DNA of 64,000 bases from Paecilomyces variotii (lineage: Eukaryota). The notes below the pieces were generated by a model. That model had not been told where the DNA came from, made no database searches, and worked only from the letters and a program-made list of their open reading frames with translations. Positions 13,001 to 26,420 of the stretch are shown here, in pieces. Every line of letters starts with the position of its first letter. Positions within the stretch are counted from its first letter, which is position 1. The position numbers were made by a program, and so were the translations under genes. The DNA lies in assembly GCA_004022145.1 (NCBI GenBank), contig RCNU01000002.1. One strand, given 5' to 3'.

Positions 13001-13336
13001 TTATTCCACAATATATTGGGGTTTCTTATCGTAACCTTCTATTAAGATAAACCGTTTCTAACACTTGCCTCTACTTGATAGGAATCCAATATTTGTAAAG
13101 CTGTCCGAGACTGAGTCCTCTACTTACTCGGATCACCTATCATTTATCCCTCCCTTTGATAAATATTCTCCAGAGGTTTGTTACCTCCTTGAGTTCCTTC
13201 CAATCCCTTCCCTTTCTTATGTGTATGGTTCTAGAAAAGGGCTAAAGTTAGCGATCAACAGGAGCTTCGACTCGGTGACTATGCTCGCGGTGACAAAGTG
13301 GCACCTAATCCATTAGTTGCTTTCGGGAAACGATGA
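10048..13336 (+). CDS. Mx-like dynamin-family GTPase with FG-repeat and GLEBS-like C-terminal tail. Exons 10048-11934, 12021-12282, 12340-12432, 12484-12937, 13082-13175, 13262-13336 (~954 aa)
   Basis: G1 GNQSSGKS, G2 CTRFATE, G3 DLPG, G4 TQPD; stalk motif RGIELPG; GED-like YYD|TAIVTFVDNV across intron 1. All five GT-AG introns join in phase. The dynamin core is secure; the tail exons are somewhat less so. Confidence 0.85.
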
Positions 13337-13755
13337 ATAGTCGAAATAATCATAGAGAAAGTACTCCTATACCCAAAATCTGTATATTGTTTCCGACATC
13401 TTGTTGCACCACATCCTTACAGCTTACGAGACATCTATGGCGTAGCTTTTCCGGATCCTACACCTGTCTTTAACGAGAATTAATGATTCTTTCGATTTAC
13501 CTAACATAATTCAGATGAATAACAAGCCTTTTATGCACGTCGAGGACTCCAAAAAAGAATTAGACACTACTATTAGCATGCTAAGAAGAAATATAGGCAT
13601 GGCCACCTCAAGTCCGCCGCCTTAGCCCAGAGAATGATATCATGCATACTGATTGCTAGACCAGCTGAACTGGCGATCTGTATCATCCCAGGAACTGACC
13701 ACGGTGCAAATTTCATCTCGACCAGCTGAGACTTTGTGTATGTCTCGATGACATT

Positions 13756-14879
13756 TCACGGGTATGTCTTGCCCTCTTCGCACACCTTCTTGAACACCTC
13801 CTCTGTGTGCTGCACCACCTTCTCTGCTGCACCCTGATCCCTTGTCCTCTCTAATTTCTTGTTTGGCGGAAACACCTCACCGTCCCAACTCACCCAGTAA
13901 CACCCACTCCCCTTCGTCCCATCGCTGCCAACTGCGACGTCCCCTTCCATGTGCTCTGCCTCGGCTTTCGGAGGATATCTCCCACTTGTCGCCGCAAAGA
14001 GATGCCGCTCTCCACTCTCCTCAAGGGGCACCATGAATGGTCTTAACAACGGCGTCAACACGGCCGACAGCACGCGCCCAGCCGGCAGTTCACGCAACAC
14101 GCCCGTGGACACGCCAGAGGGGTACGCGTGGACGAAGGAAGTATGTGGATTCTGCTGGGCCATGCTCTCCAGGAAGAAATCACCCATCAGACTAGCGTGC
14201 CAGCCGCATTTCTTGAGACTAAAGGAGTGCTTCAGACTGAGGTCTGAGTAGTCGAGCGTACCGGAGCCGCCAGCGCGGACGGAGACCATTGGGTCTAGGA
14301 CAGACACGACGCGGGATAATGGTCTGGCGTTGCCGTTGACGGAGGAGGAGTCCTGAGAGGCTGCGTTCAGGAGGGGAAGCAGGTTGGTAATAAACCGCAT
14401 CCGCGCGTAGTAATGCAGCACGAATTTGCGGTCCAGACCTTCGGCCGTCTCGTCCCGGCCTTTCAGCGTCATGTATCCCGGTGTCATGAACAGCAGATTC
14501 ACTTTTTTCTCTCTTGCTGCGATCTCAGCGCAGACGCTGTCGACATTTTTGAGAAGGGATATGTCGGTTTGGAGAAAGGTTGGCTGGGCGGAGGAATTGA
14601 TGGTTTTCATGGAGGCGATGGCAGCATCGGCGGCGGACTGGCTGCGGCCGATGAGGTAGATCTTGGGCGAAGGGGTGTGACGGGTGAGGGCGAGAGCGGT
14701 TGAGAGGGCGATGCCCGAAGTGCCGCCGACTGGGATGGGGAGTTAGTGAGATGGAACGCTTTGAAGAGAGAGAAGATGGCATGTTGGAGCAGATTGAACT
14801 TACCAAACACCGCGACGAGACCTGAGGTTAGGGATTTGAGAGTCGCATTGTGCGCCTGGACGGCCTGGAGGTTCACCAT
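13756..14879 (-). CDS. Short-chain dehydrogenase/reductase; exons 14879-14804, 14729-13756
   Basis: Spliced N-terminus MVNLQAVQAHN...VAVF|VGGTSGIALSTA (Rossmann Gly motif), KIYLIGRS, ETAEGLDRKFVLHYYARMRF, SFVHAYPSGVST. Confidence 0.88.
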
Positions 14880-16069
14880 TGCTGTTTCGATTGCTTCAAA
14901 GGATGTCAGATGCACACAGATTGGAAGAATACTCCGTGCGGAAACGGACTGGACAAGTAGGAGACGAACTATCCGATTGCTAGCGGCACTTGGGGAAGTG
15001 AAATGAGGTCTAGCAACCAGAATTGGAGTCCCTGTACTAGGTGCTTATCGCGTATATCAACCAAACACGCAGTGGAATTTGAGTTTGAACAATATCGATG
15101 GATTTCTCTATCCCGTGACACCAGAAAACAATGTTGCTGCCTGGAGTGGATTATGTTTGTGGTGATATGTATCTCCAATTCATCCCTGTCGCATTGCTGT
15201 ATACAGACAGCTGGCAATTGGTGTATATTGCTCGAGTAGAAATCAGGCTGGGCCATCAATGCATTGTGTTATGCTAAGTGGGGAAAGTGGCTGACTTGTG
15301 GTACTTTATTTTGGTTCTTTTAGTTGGGGGCGGAATTATTATTATGGCGACAAGTACGGAGTAGATAGATACATAGTCTTTGTTCGTGTCCATGGGGTTA
15401 AATGACCAACTTGATCCAGTCAGTGATCAAGTCTAGGAGAGTCTGGACTCTGGAGAGAGGCCATGTACTGTACATAGTTACTTACTGTACAGTACCTAAA
15501 TAATAATAATGAATTGGTCTGTGCACAGGTCACTGACCACTTCAATACAAAAGTACATAACTATGTAATAAGTATATCCTATCTTTTTTTTTTAGTTTTT
15601 ACTATAATTTCGAATTTGTCTACTAAGCTAAGGTGGTCGGTGGACTAGGTAGCTTAATCCTCATGCGTACTTAATCTTTATGATCTCTGTGACTGACAGG
15701 GATAAGCATATTCCATATTGAGTGCTTCGCCGACTTTCTAGCCCAAAACAGCTGAAACCCGCCTTTGCAGCTGCCTGGATTAAACGCAGCAAAGTAAGCA
15801 CGCAAACTAAGACACTCTCACTTGATGGGGCCAATAGATGGAAAGAGGTAATTTGGTGGCTGATATAGACAGCTGACAAGGCAATATGCTGCTTTATCTA
15901 ACAATGAGAACTCTCTGTGTCGTCCTCTGCTCCTGGAAGTTGACAATAACACCATACCACAGCAACCTATGGTCTACCTTTTCAGCTTCAGTCATACCTT
16001 CTTTACTACAGTCCCTACTACTTTCAGATTGAAGCGTATCGGCGAGATCAGACAAGGACACCTGCGAAG

Positions 16070-19000
16070 ATGAGCGCGGCGGGCAAGTTTGGGCCCAATG
16101 GCGACCGAGAGCTCGAAAGGGCAGAGGACAGCATCTCCAGCCTAGATGCGAGGGAAGCAGAGGTCCACAAGCTGGCCAGACAGTTCACGGAGCAGAGCAA
16201 TCAATCCATCGCTGCGCTGAATCCCTTTGCTGCGGAGCCTGAATCCAAGCTGGACCCCAATGGTGACAACTTCAATGCCCGCGCGTGGTGCAAGGCCATG
16301 CTCCAGATGTGCACTGAAGACAGCCAAGCACATCCACTCAGGACTCTGGGTGTGGCCTTCAGCAACCTGAATGTGCACGGGTTCGGTTCGGATACTGATT
16401 TTCAGAAGAGCGTGGGCAACGTCTGGCTAGAGGCTGTCGGTCTGGCAAGGAGGCTCATGGGTCGACAGCAGCGCAAGATCGATATTCTGCAGAACTTGGA
16501 CGGATTGGTCGAGGCAGGAGAGATGCTGGTCGTCCTTGGACCACCTGGCTCAGGATGTACGACTTTCTTGAAGACCATCGCTGGAGAGACATACGGCTTC
16601 CACGTCGACAAGAACTCGGGCCTCAATTACCAAGGTACGGGCGTTGTGATCCACGCTGTGGATTCCTGCTAATCATCGTTAGGCGTGAGCGCAAAGCAAA
16701 TGGCCAGCGCCTTCAGGGGAGAAGCCATCTATACCGCTGAGGTCGACGTCCATTTCCCAAAGCTCACGGTGGGCGATACCCTCTTCTTCGCTGCCCGGGC
16801 CCGCGCACCGCGATATATTCCCGGAGGAGCAACAGTGAACCAGTACGCCGCCCATATGCGAGACGTCATCATGGCAATGTTCGGTATCTCCCACACCAAG
16901 AACACTATCGTGGGAAATGAATTCATCCGCGGTGTCTCTGGTGGAGAGCGTAAGCGAGTCAGTATTGCTGAAGCCTGTCTGAGCATGGCTCCGCTGCAAT
17001 GTTGGGATAACTCCACTCGTGGTCTCGACAGTGCTAATGCCATCGAATTCTGCAAGATCCTTCGCATGCAGACGGACATAAATGGCACCACTGCCTGCGT
17101 TTCACTTTACCAGGCTCCTCAGGCTGCCTACGATCAATTCGACAAAGTCCTGGTCCTGTACGAGGGTCGCCAGATTTTCTTTGGTCGCACGGCCGCGGCT
17201 AAGAAGTACTTTATTGACATGGGTTTCATCTGTCCTGATCGCCAAACAGATGCTGATTTCCTCACCTCTATGACTAGCCCCCTCGAGCGGGTCGTGCAGC
17301 CAGGTCGTGAAAGCTACGTTCCCCGGACGCCCGATGAATTCGCCGCAAGGTGGAAGGCCTCGCCAGAGCGAGCGCAGCTTCTGCGAGACATTGAGGTCTA
17401 CAACGCAAAGTTTGTTCTCGGTGGTGAATCCCTGGACAAGTTCAAGCAATCCCGCAGGGCTCAGCAAGCCAAGGTCCAGCGTGTATCATCGCCCTACACT
17501 CTTTCATATGTTCAGCAGGTTGAGTTGTGTTTATGGCGCGGATACAAACGATTAAAGGCAGATCCCAGTGTCACAATCTCTTCTCTAATCGGAAATTCGA
17601 TCATGGCCCTCGTCATCGCCAGTATATTTTACAACCTTCAGCCTGACACCAACAGCTTCTTTCAGCGCAGTGCTCTCCTATTTTTTTCTGTTCTCATGAA
17701 TGCTTTCGGTTGTGGTCTTGAAATGCTCACGCTTTATGCTCAACGAGGGATCGTGGAGAAACACTCTCGATATGCCCTCTACCACCCATCTGCTGAAGCA
17801 TTCGCATCAATGCTGATGGATTTGCCCTACAAAGTCCTTAATGCCATCATTTACAACCTGATTCTCTACTTCATGACAAACCTAAGGCGAGAACCTGGGG
17901 CCTTCTTCTTCTTCCTGTTCACTTCCTTCATTCTGACTCTAACCATGTCCATGTTCTTCCGGTCCATTGCATCGCTGACAAGAACTCTTGTTCAAGCCCT
18001 GCCATTTGCTGCGATTCTGATCCTGTCTCTGAGCATGTACACTGGTTTTGCAATCCCAAGACAGTACATGTTAGGATGGGCCCGTTGGATTTCCCGTATC
18101 AACCCTATCAGCTACGGCTTTGAGTCTCTGATGATCAATGAGTTCCATAACCGCGAGTTCAAATGTCTCAACTACGTCCCGTCAGGCCCTGGCTACGCGG
18201 GTCTCAGCTCGAGCAACCATGTTTGCTCCACAGTCGGAGCTGTACCGGGACAGCCCTATGTTAATGGCGACAACTACATTGAGTCATCTTATGACTATCA
18301 CGCCTCGCACAAGTGGAGGAACATCGGCATTATATTTGCCTTTATGTTCATCCTCATGTTGGTTTATCTGGCTGCTACCGAGATCGTCACCGAAAAGAAA
18401 TCGAAGGGCGAGATTCTAGTCTTCCGTCGCGGACATGAAGCCCTGAAGAAGGACAAGTCAAAGAAGGATGTCGAAGGCGGTAGTGACCGCAGCATTGCCG
18501 TGGAGAAGAAGATCCGATCAGATAGCCTTGCCATCATCGAACGCCAGACTGCTATTGTCCAGTGGAAAGACGTTTGCTATGATATCAAGATTGGAAAGGA
18601 GAATCGCAGAATTCTTGATCGTGTTGATGGATGGGTGAAACCGGGTACCTTAACCGCGCTTATGGGCGTCTCTGGTGCTGGAAAAACCACGCTATTAGAT
18701 GTCCTGGCTACTCGTACCACTGTGGGTATTATCACGGGAGATATACTTGTTGATGGCAAGCCTCGGGATGCGTCCTTCCAGCGCAAGACTGGCTACGCTC
18801 AACAACAAGATTTGCATTTAAATACTTCTACTGTTCGCGAGGCCCTAACCTTCTCTGCTCTTCTACGTCAGCCCGCTCATATTCCTCGGCAAGAGAAGAT
18901 TGACTATGTCACCGAAGTTATTAAACTCCTAGACATGACTGAATATGCTGATGCCATCATTGGGGTACCTGGGGAAGGCCTTAATGTTGAGCAACGCAAA

Positions 19001-20500
19001 CGTCTCACTATCGGTGTGGAGCTTGCTGCCAGACCGGCTCTACTTCTCTTCTTAGATGAACCTACCTCTGGACTTGATTCTCAGACATCATGGGCTATCC
19101 TTGATCTTCTCGATAAATTGAAGAAGAATGGACAGGCTATTTTGTGCACTATCCATCAACCTTCTGCAATGCTGTTCCAGCGCTTCGATCGTCTCCTCTT
19201 CCTTCAGGCTGGAGGTCGCACTGTGTACTTTGGTGAAGTCGGTGAAAACTCACACATCCTTATTGACTACTTCGTCCGAAATGGCGGCGCCCCGTGCCCT
19301 CCTGATGCTAATCCTGCCGAATGGATGCTCGATGTCATTGGTGCCGCTCCCGGATCCCATACTGACATCGACTGGTTTGACACATGGCGCAAATCCCCCG
19401 AGTATGCTCGTGTCCAAGAGCATCTCGCCGAACTGAAGCATGAACGCTCTCAACTTGCCCGCACCAACTTGGACCAGAACCACGAGGACAAGGCCAGCTA
19501 CCGCGAATTCGCCGCTCCCTTCTATGAACAGCTCCGCGAAGTCCAGCTCCGAGTGTTCCAGCAAATCTGGCGCTCCCCCACATACATCTATTCCAAGACC
19601 TTACTGTGTGTTAGCTCAGCTCTCTTCGTTGGATTCTCTCTGTTTCGTACGCCCAATACGATTCAGGGGCTTCAGAACCAAATGTTTGCTATCTTTATGT
19701 TGTTGACTCTATTTGGTCAGCTCATCCAGCAAATCATGCCACATTTTGTTGCTCAGCGCGATTTGTATGAGGCTCGCGAACGTCCATCCAAAGCTTACTC
19801 TTGGAAAGCTTTCATCATATCTAATATCATTGTTGAACTGCCTTGGAACTCGCTTATGTCGGTCCTGATGTTCCTATGCTGGTACTACCCAGTGGGTTTA
19901 TACCGCAATGCTGAGCCTACTGACGCTGTCGCGCTCCGTGGTGCGCAAATGTGGCTTTTCATCTGGACCTTCCTCCTCTTCTCATCCACTTTTGCACACT
20001 TTATGATCGCAGCTTTTGAGAGTGCCGAGAATGCTGGTAATACGGGTAATTTGCTCTTCATACTTTGTCTGCTGTTCTGCGGTGTCCTGGCCACACCTAA
20101 GCAATTTCCCGGGTTCTGGATCTTCATGTACAGGGCTTCGCCATTCACGTACCTTGTCAGCGGTATGCTCTCTGTCGGCATCTCCAACACAAAAGTCTCA
20201 TGCGCAGCGAATGAATACTTGCACTTTGACCCGCTCAATGGTACCTGCAGCGACTACATGAAAGCATATCAATCTACGATGGGCGGCTATATTCAAGATG
20301 GTAGCGCGACCTCAGACTGCAGCTACTGCCCCATTAGCGACACGAATGTGTACCTTACTTCCGTCTCATCCCATTACTCAGACGTATGGCGAAACTTTGG
20401 CATTATGTGGGTCTACATCGTCTTCAATATATTTGCGGCGTGTTTGCTGTACTGGTGGGTGCGTGTGCCGAAGGTTAAGGCTCCCAAGAACAACGTCTGA
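16070..20500 (+). CDS. PDR-type (ABCG) full-size ABC transporter, OblD-like by context; intron 16635-16682
   Basis: NBD1 [21 protein letters not shown] and [12 protein letters not shown]2 GVSGAGKTT and [27 protein letters not shown] order; lies beside the sesterterpene synthase cluster. Confidence 0.95.
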
Positions 20501-21272
20501 GATCGCAACTGATATTATCATACCTTTGCCTCGAATTGGGTTCGTGATTGGTAGCCGCAGGATTTCTTTATATAAGATTTAGAGCCCCTCTTAGTTTCTC
20601 ATTTTCGTTAACATTTCGTGGCTTGAGCATAACTAGCTAGCTCAAGTCGGTTTTAACTAATTCTTTCAAATAACAATCCCTCCTCAGTTACTTACTCGAC
20701 CGGCCTCTTCTTATTCTGGTATAGCTTTGTTTAGTATAGATTTGTCTCAAGCGTTACTGAGTAAACCAAATCTGGACCTACTACCGTAACTTAGTTAGCT
20801 GCGAAGCTTACGAGAGATCGTAGCGTAGGAACTCAGCCCTGTCAGCCCTAGGAGCAAGGAGAGGGTGGATAAGGGGCCGGTTGCTGCTGATCAGGAACCC
20901 GCTGACAGCGATCCTGCGGCTGATGTTGAGCAAATTGGGACATTGCTGGAGAATGAGTGTGGGGATGAGGATTGCGGACTTGCCGAGAAGTGCAGGAAGG
21001 CTTCAACGCACTAGACCTATGTGATGGAACAGAATACGCTCCTTCAGGAATCGGTAAGTCGCCCAATCCGGCGACTCCCCGTGAGAGCTCAGGGCCATTG
21101 TCAGAGCTTCTGAGTGACAGAAGATGACAGAATACGGCCTGTTCTCTTCTCATCTAGCAGGGTCTTGGACTATCAGTTAAAATGCAATGGATCTCCCCTG
21201 AGAGAGTATACAACATCGACTCACCTTCAGCCTCGTCATCGTCTTCGCCCTCTTGATCGAACGGATTTAGAG

Positions 21273-22727
21273 ATGTATCGCATATCCTCCTTTGTGGCGC
21301 TTTCTGCCTGTCTCCTGGCGCCGACTGTCGTTGCTGCTTCGAATTCATCTTCAGCGTTTGATCAGGGGAAATTCCAACCCCAAGACATCATCACACGAGA
21401 TGTGGCTATCATCGGTGGCGGCTCTGCAGGCACCTACTCCGCCATAAGCCTCAAGGACAAAGGCAAATCAGTCATTGTTATTGAAAAGAAAGACAGAATA
21501 GGTGGCCATACCGAGACATATATTGATCCCGCGACCGGAACTCCTATTGATGAGGGAGTCATGATCTTCCACGATATTCCCGTTGTACAGGACTACTTCA
21601 AACGATTCGACCTGCCGCTCGACAATTCTTCTGGGTTCTTTCACTCGTTGCTCAACTATGATTTTCGCACCGGGAAACAAGTCAATCTATCGTTTACTCC
21701 ATCGGAAGCGGAGATATCTGCAGCCTTCGCGACCTATTCAGCGCAGATCTCCAAATACCCCAAGCTGGACGATGGGATATTCCTCCCAGACCCAGTTCCG
21801 GAAGAGTTGTATATGCCCTTTGGGGACTTCGTAAAGAAGTATGGGATCCAAGCAGCGGTTCCCTCGATGTACAACTATAATCCAGGCGTCGGAAACATCC
21901 TGGATATCCCGACGCTCGAACAATTCCGATACTGGAGTCTGCAATTCGTGCAGTCCTTTACGAATGGCTTCCTGATGACCGCCCACAGGAACGCAAGCGA
22001 ACTGTACTCCAAAGCCCAAGCAGAGTTGTCTTCGTCATCGAGTCTTCTCCTCGAGTCCCAGGTCGCATGCGCGGATCGAGGCGAAGACGGCGAAGGGATC
22101 AAACTCATTGTTAGCACTCCGAAAGGCAACAAGCTGATTCTCGCAAAGAAGCTTCTCATCGCTATTCCACCAAAGCTGGACATCGTGGCCCCGCTAGACC
22201 TCAGCAACAACGAGAGGAGTCTCTTTGGAAAATACATTGACGCGGGCTACTACGTCGGCATCATAAAGAACACGGGATTCCCGAATAACGCGAGCATCTC
22301 AAACGCAGGCCCAAATACAGAGTACAATTTTCCTTATCTCCCCGGAGCGTATAGCTTCGCCCCGGCCGGACTCGACTCATATCAGATGGTCACCTACGCC
22401 ACGCCGCAAAGTCGCAAATCCTTTCCCCTGGCTGATCAGACCATCAAGGCGGACATAGTCCGGACTGTCAAGTCACTTCAGAAGCAGAATCCGGACAAGT
22501 TTGCCAGCCAAGGGGAGCCGGAATGGGTCGATTTTCGATCTCATGCACCGTATTCTCTTCAAGTGACGGCTGAGGATATCAAGAATGGGTTTTATAAGAA
22601 GTTGTATGCTCTGCAGGGTCAGAGAAATACGTACTGGACTGGCGCTGCATTCATGGCGGAGGATAGTAGTTTACTCTGGAAATATTCGGAGGAGATAGTG
22701 CTGCCACAGTTGATTGCGAGTCTGTGA
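21273..22727 (+). CDS. Secreted FAD-dependent oxidoreductase (amine-oxidase superfamily), OblC-like by context
   Basis: Signal peptide [35 protein letters not shown]...[10 protein letters not shown] dinucleotide fold; C-terminal [14 protein letters not shown]; several N-x-S/T sequons. Confidence 0.85.
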   Translation: MYRISSFVALSACLLAPTVVAASNSSSAFDQGKFQPQDIITRDVAIIGGGSAGTYSAISLKDKGKSVIVIEKKDRIGGHTETYIDPATGTPIDEGVMIFHDIPVVQDYFKRFDLPLDNSSGFFHSLLNYDFRTGKQVNLSFTPSEAEISAAFATYSAQISKYPKLDDGIFLPDPVPEELYMPFGDFVKKYGIQAAVPSMYNYNPGVGNILDIPTLEQFRYWSLQFVQSFTNGFLMTAHRNASELYSKAQAELSSSSSLLLESQVACADRGEDGEGIKLIVSTPKGNKLILAKKLLIAIPPKLDIVAPLDLSNNERSLFGKYIDAGYYVGIIKNTGFPNNASISNAGPNTEYNFPYLPGAYSFAPAGLDSYQMVTYATPQSRKSFPLADQTIKADIVRTVKSLQKQNPDKFASQGEPEWVDFRSHAPYSLQVTAEDIKNGFYKKLYALQGQRNTYWTGAAFMAEDSSLLWKYSEEIVLPQLIASL

Positions 22728-23287
22728 ACGAATCCTCCCTGGATTAAGGAGGAGTTAAATTGACACTCTGCATTCAGGGGGCTGGTGATGGGGCTTCTGT
22801 CTTGGAAGTAGCTGGATTTAGGGAATTTTGTACCCCACTAGAAAATTCAATTGACATTCCTTATTGACTATATCTGAGTTAGCCCAGCAAGTTAGCATTG
22901 GATTTTATTTTTAGATCTCTTGGAGGAAAGAATAGAGTCGTAGCACGTTGCCAGATTCAAATCCTAAGTCCTTCGGCCTCATTGACAGTAACTTAGATGA
23001 GTCTTCCATTGGTATTTCTGTCGGAAATATCTTTATAGATTCACGTATTCAACGCCTTACTGCACAAGATGCGAAGATTTAGTGGTGAAGAACGAAACAA
23101 GACAGCAACACAGCGTTGGTCTGGTTGCGTGCCACGGCCTGCTGATCTGGCCAGACTCTGTACTACTCCAAGTCAACGCCAATTCAACACCAATATCTGC
23201 TAACAAGAATAATAGAATGATATTGTATTAGTGACATCACTGATCTACCCTTCTACTCCTTAACTAGGCCCCGGTACCAGGACAGTC

Positions 23288-25754
23288 CTACACCTTGAGC
23301 ATCTCCAACATCACCCTCAATAAGAAGTTCTCTTCACCAAACTTATCTTCTAACCTGCCGACTTCCTTTTGCAATTCGTCATGTAACTCCCTGAGGACGC
23401 TGAGTGTGTACTCCAGACTTTTTGTCTTCTTCATAATCGCCAACACCTCTCGCTTAGCCTCATTGCTGAGCTTACCGTCAAGTCTCCTCTTCATAAGGAA
23501 TGCGCGCAACTGCATCGCATCACCCGCAAACCTGGGCTCTGACTCCACGGCCTGGAGGGAGTAGATGAGTGTGAACGAGAATTTCCCTTCATCGAGGTCT
23601 TCAGCGAAGCCCTTTTGCTTAGCGTAGTCAGCCGACGCGAGGTTCTGGTAGTCGTCGCGGATTTGGAAGAAACGCCCGATGAGACAGCTCAGCTGGTTCA
23701 GAGCATCGTCCGACACGGACATGCTCTTGCTGACGGGGCTTTCGGCGACCATCAAACGTGTCAACAGGCGAAAGAGACTGCCTGTTTTCATATCGACCAT
23801 TTTCAGGTACTCCGACATGGACGGGCAGAGTATGTTATGCGTCCAGTAGAGGTCATAGCTCTGTCCCACGTAGAGCTGTTGCACCTCTTCGACGAAGATA
23901 CGAAGGCATGCCGGGTTGCTGAGCTCGGCTGCCAGACCTGTCGCTTCGGTATACTGGTATGTTGCGCTGTTAATTGTCTGGGCGGTGCCATAGATACTAT
24001 GGGTAGAGGGCTTGCCACGGCGAAGCGGTGAGCCGTCCTCAATGTCGTCGAGCCTGGGCAACGTTAGCGGGTTGATCGACGGGAGCGAATATAAGCAGAC
24101 AAATACTAACATGAGGGATGCACTATGTAGCATCTTGATAATACTCTTGATCGTCTTGGCCGATGCCGAAGGCACCTTGAGCCATGTGTTTAGGGAGTCT
24201 ATTGCCTGGTCACGGAATCCCTTCGAAGGGAGAGAGGTAAGGTATCGATAAGGTTCGAGAACGACCTGATGGTCAATATCAGTTTAGAAGGCCCAACGAT
24301 ACGTCTGGCATTCGGAGGTGAATTTCAAAACTCACATTATCGCTCAAGTTTAGTAAATTCTGATCAAGGGCCAGAGCCACTACATCAGAAAGAACGAATG
24401 AATCCCGCGAGCCAAGTGCCGGTTTCTTGAAATCATTGACACCGTTCACACCATTGGTACCATTCATTCTTGTGTCGCCATTGTTGTTGTCCCTCTTCCT
24501 CTTGAGGCCGTTCGTTTTGGTCGGCTCATAATGACCATTACCGTTAACGACGGGCTCCTTGCGTTCGGCCTTGATGGAATGGCCGTTGGTTGCGTCCTTC
24601 GGCGGCCACCTTGCTGGGTATTTTTCCAGGCCATGCTTGGCTCTCAGCAACTGCAACTCATTGAACTTGGTTGGCCCATTGTATCTTGGACAGTTAGTAC
24701 TCCAAGCCGCGTTGGCGGAAAGGGTATACTGCATGGTGTCAATGTATCTCTTGAGCTCATCACTAACGTCCGTCCGCGTCTGGATTTCCTTGACGTTACG
24801 GACATATTTCGCACATTCGATGCGGATGCGCTCCTTACAAACCTCCCTGGCTTCCTCTTCACTACAGCCGTGCTCCCTCATGACCACCAAGACGGCGTTT
24901 TGAACGTTGACGTCTCCGCGTTCCTTCTCAAAAGAAAATAGGTCGTTGGTGAGGGAGGCAGTGAACAAAGCAGGTGTGATAAGCCTCGTCGCCTCCTCGG
25001 CCTCTTCATCTGGGATGGTAATAGCGCAACCAAATAAGACAAGGCCATGCCAGAGCCTTGATAGGAAGAGAAGTCAGTCCCAGTGGACAGGCGTGATCTA
25101 GGATAGGTGCATGAGAGACTCACATATATCCCACGTCAAAGGCCCTGTACGGGAGGTACTCCTCAAGAGTATTGAACTGTGCGTCTTCCTGCCTTCTACT
25201 TGAATGCCCAACTCCAGCAGCCCAGCTCTTGGCGACAGTCATTGCTCGCTCAGTGTCAATTACCATCATTTCGCGGAGAATCTGAGCCAATATCTTCTTC
25301 TTTCCAGATGCGCCTTTCTCTTCGATCTGGCCGCTCTGACCGCCCTGTTCCAAGGCATTCTCTATTTCGTCCAAAGAGGCATCGTGGATCTCTTTGTCGA
25401 TAACGTCTGCAGTAATCAACTTAGCCTGCATGCAAGGATATCCGGCACAGGCCTCATGGACAATTAGCACATACCGTCATGAATGAAACCGAACTCAAGC
25501 GCGTAAGAGACGATCTCTATTCTCTCTGGGAGGCACTCTGGCACCGCAGCAGTAACGAAGCTGAAGTCGGGACCCAAGAGACCGGCATACGGCTTCTCCA
25601 AGGGCCCAACGAAACGGCGCCAGTCTTCCTGGGCTCTGAATGCCCCAACTTCTTCAAGGTCGCCGGCAACATGCTTTCTGAGATCGATTCCAGGGCAAAG
25701 ACCTTCCTTGTCGTACAAGGAAGAGTCGATGAGTGTTGAATACTTGAAGGCCAT
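23288..25754 (-). CDS. oblA: Bifunctional terpene cyclase/prenyltransferase sesterterpene synthase, ophiobolin F synthase-like. Exons 25754-25475, 25406-25124, 25056-24336, 24265-24111, 24053-23288
   Basis: Cyclase domain DDVID (split by intron 1), NDLFSFEKE and WSTNCPRY; prenyltransferase DDIED, RRGKP, GQSYDLYW and DDYQN. The N-terminus KYSTLIDSSLYDKEGLCPGIDLRKHVAG closely resembles Aspergillus clavatus ophiobolin F synthase as I recall it. Confidence 0.9.
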
Positions 25755-26420
25755 GTTATATGCCGATGGCCAAGTCTGCTCCGATAGCGGCCACTGGGTC
25801 GTAGAAACGGTATATATTATAATACAGGAACACGTACAGGCTCAGCAACAGCAGATGGATAACGATGACGTCTACAATTGGAGAAATTGCTTTCAACATA
25901 GGGAATGTCTCGGCGTCAATGGTCTGGTTTTCGAGGCGATTCGGAAGGCGCCTCTAGGAGCGATCAGCTTCTCTTAAATGCTTCATTTGCTTCTACTACT
26001 ACTACATTTCCGAATGATAAAAATGGAGCCAGCTATCGTGGGAGAGTATTCGGACGGGATATTCTTCTTCTGGTAACCCGCCCAAAGGGTAAGACAAGGC
26101 TGCTAGCTAACAACCCATAATCTCAAGAAAGGCCCCCAGAAACGTTATCTGCGAAGGCCAGCTGATGAAATGGGGGATGTTCCGCCGTTGGTCAGCAAGC
26201 CACTCATCTTTGCAGCTGGGTGGCTATATCTAAGGATGGGATATTGCCGTATTGGGCGAATCACCGCACCACGTCTGCCTCAGACTGCGACTGAGTCAGA
26301 AAGGCAATACCGGCAAGAAAGTTTGGTGATTCTTGAAACCCTTATAAATCATGTTCAGGAAAAGACACTTCTCTTGACTCTTTGCAACTGGTACGTTGTT
26401 GTTGTTGTCCAAAATTCACC

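Noticed and set aside
21114-21272. 53-codon upstream extension of the FAD oxidoreductase ORF
   Set aside because: Non-ATG start; the signal peptide begins at ATG 21273.
25755-26420. Search for a shared Zn2Cys6 site in cluster promoters
   Set aside because: No consistently spaced CGG/CCG or TCG-N5-CGA motif was evident by eye; needs MEME.
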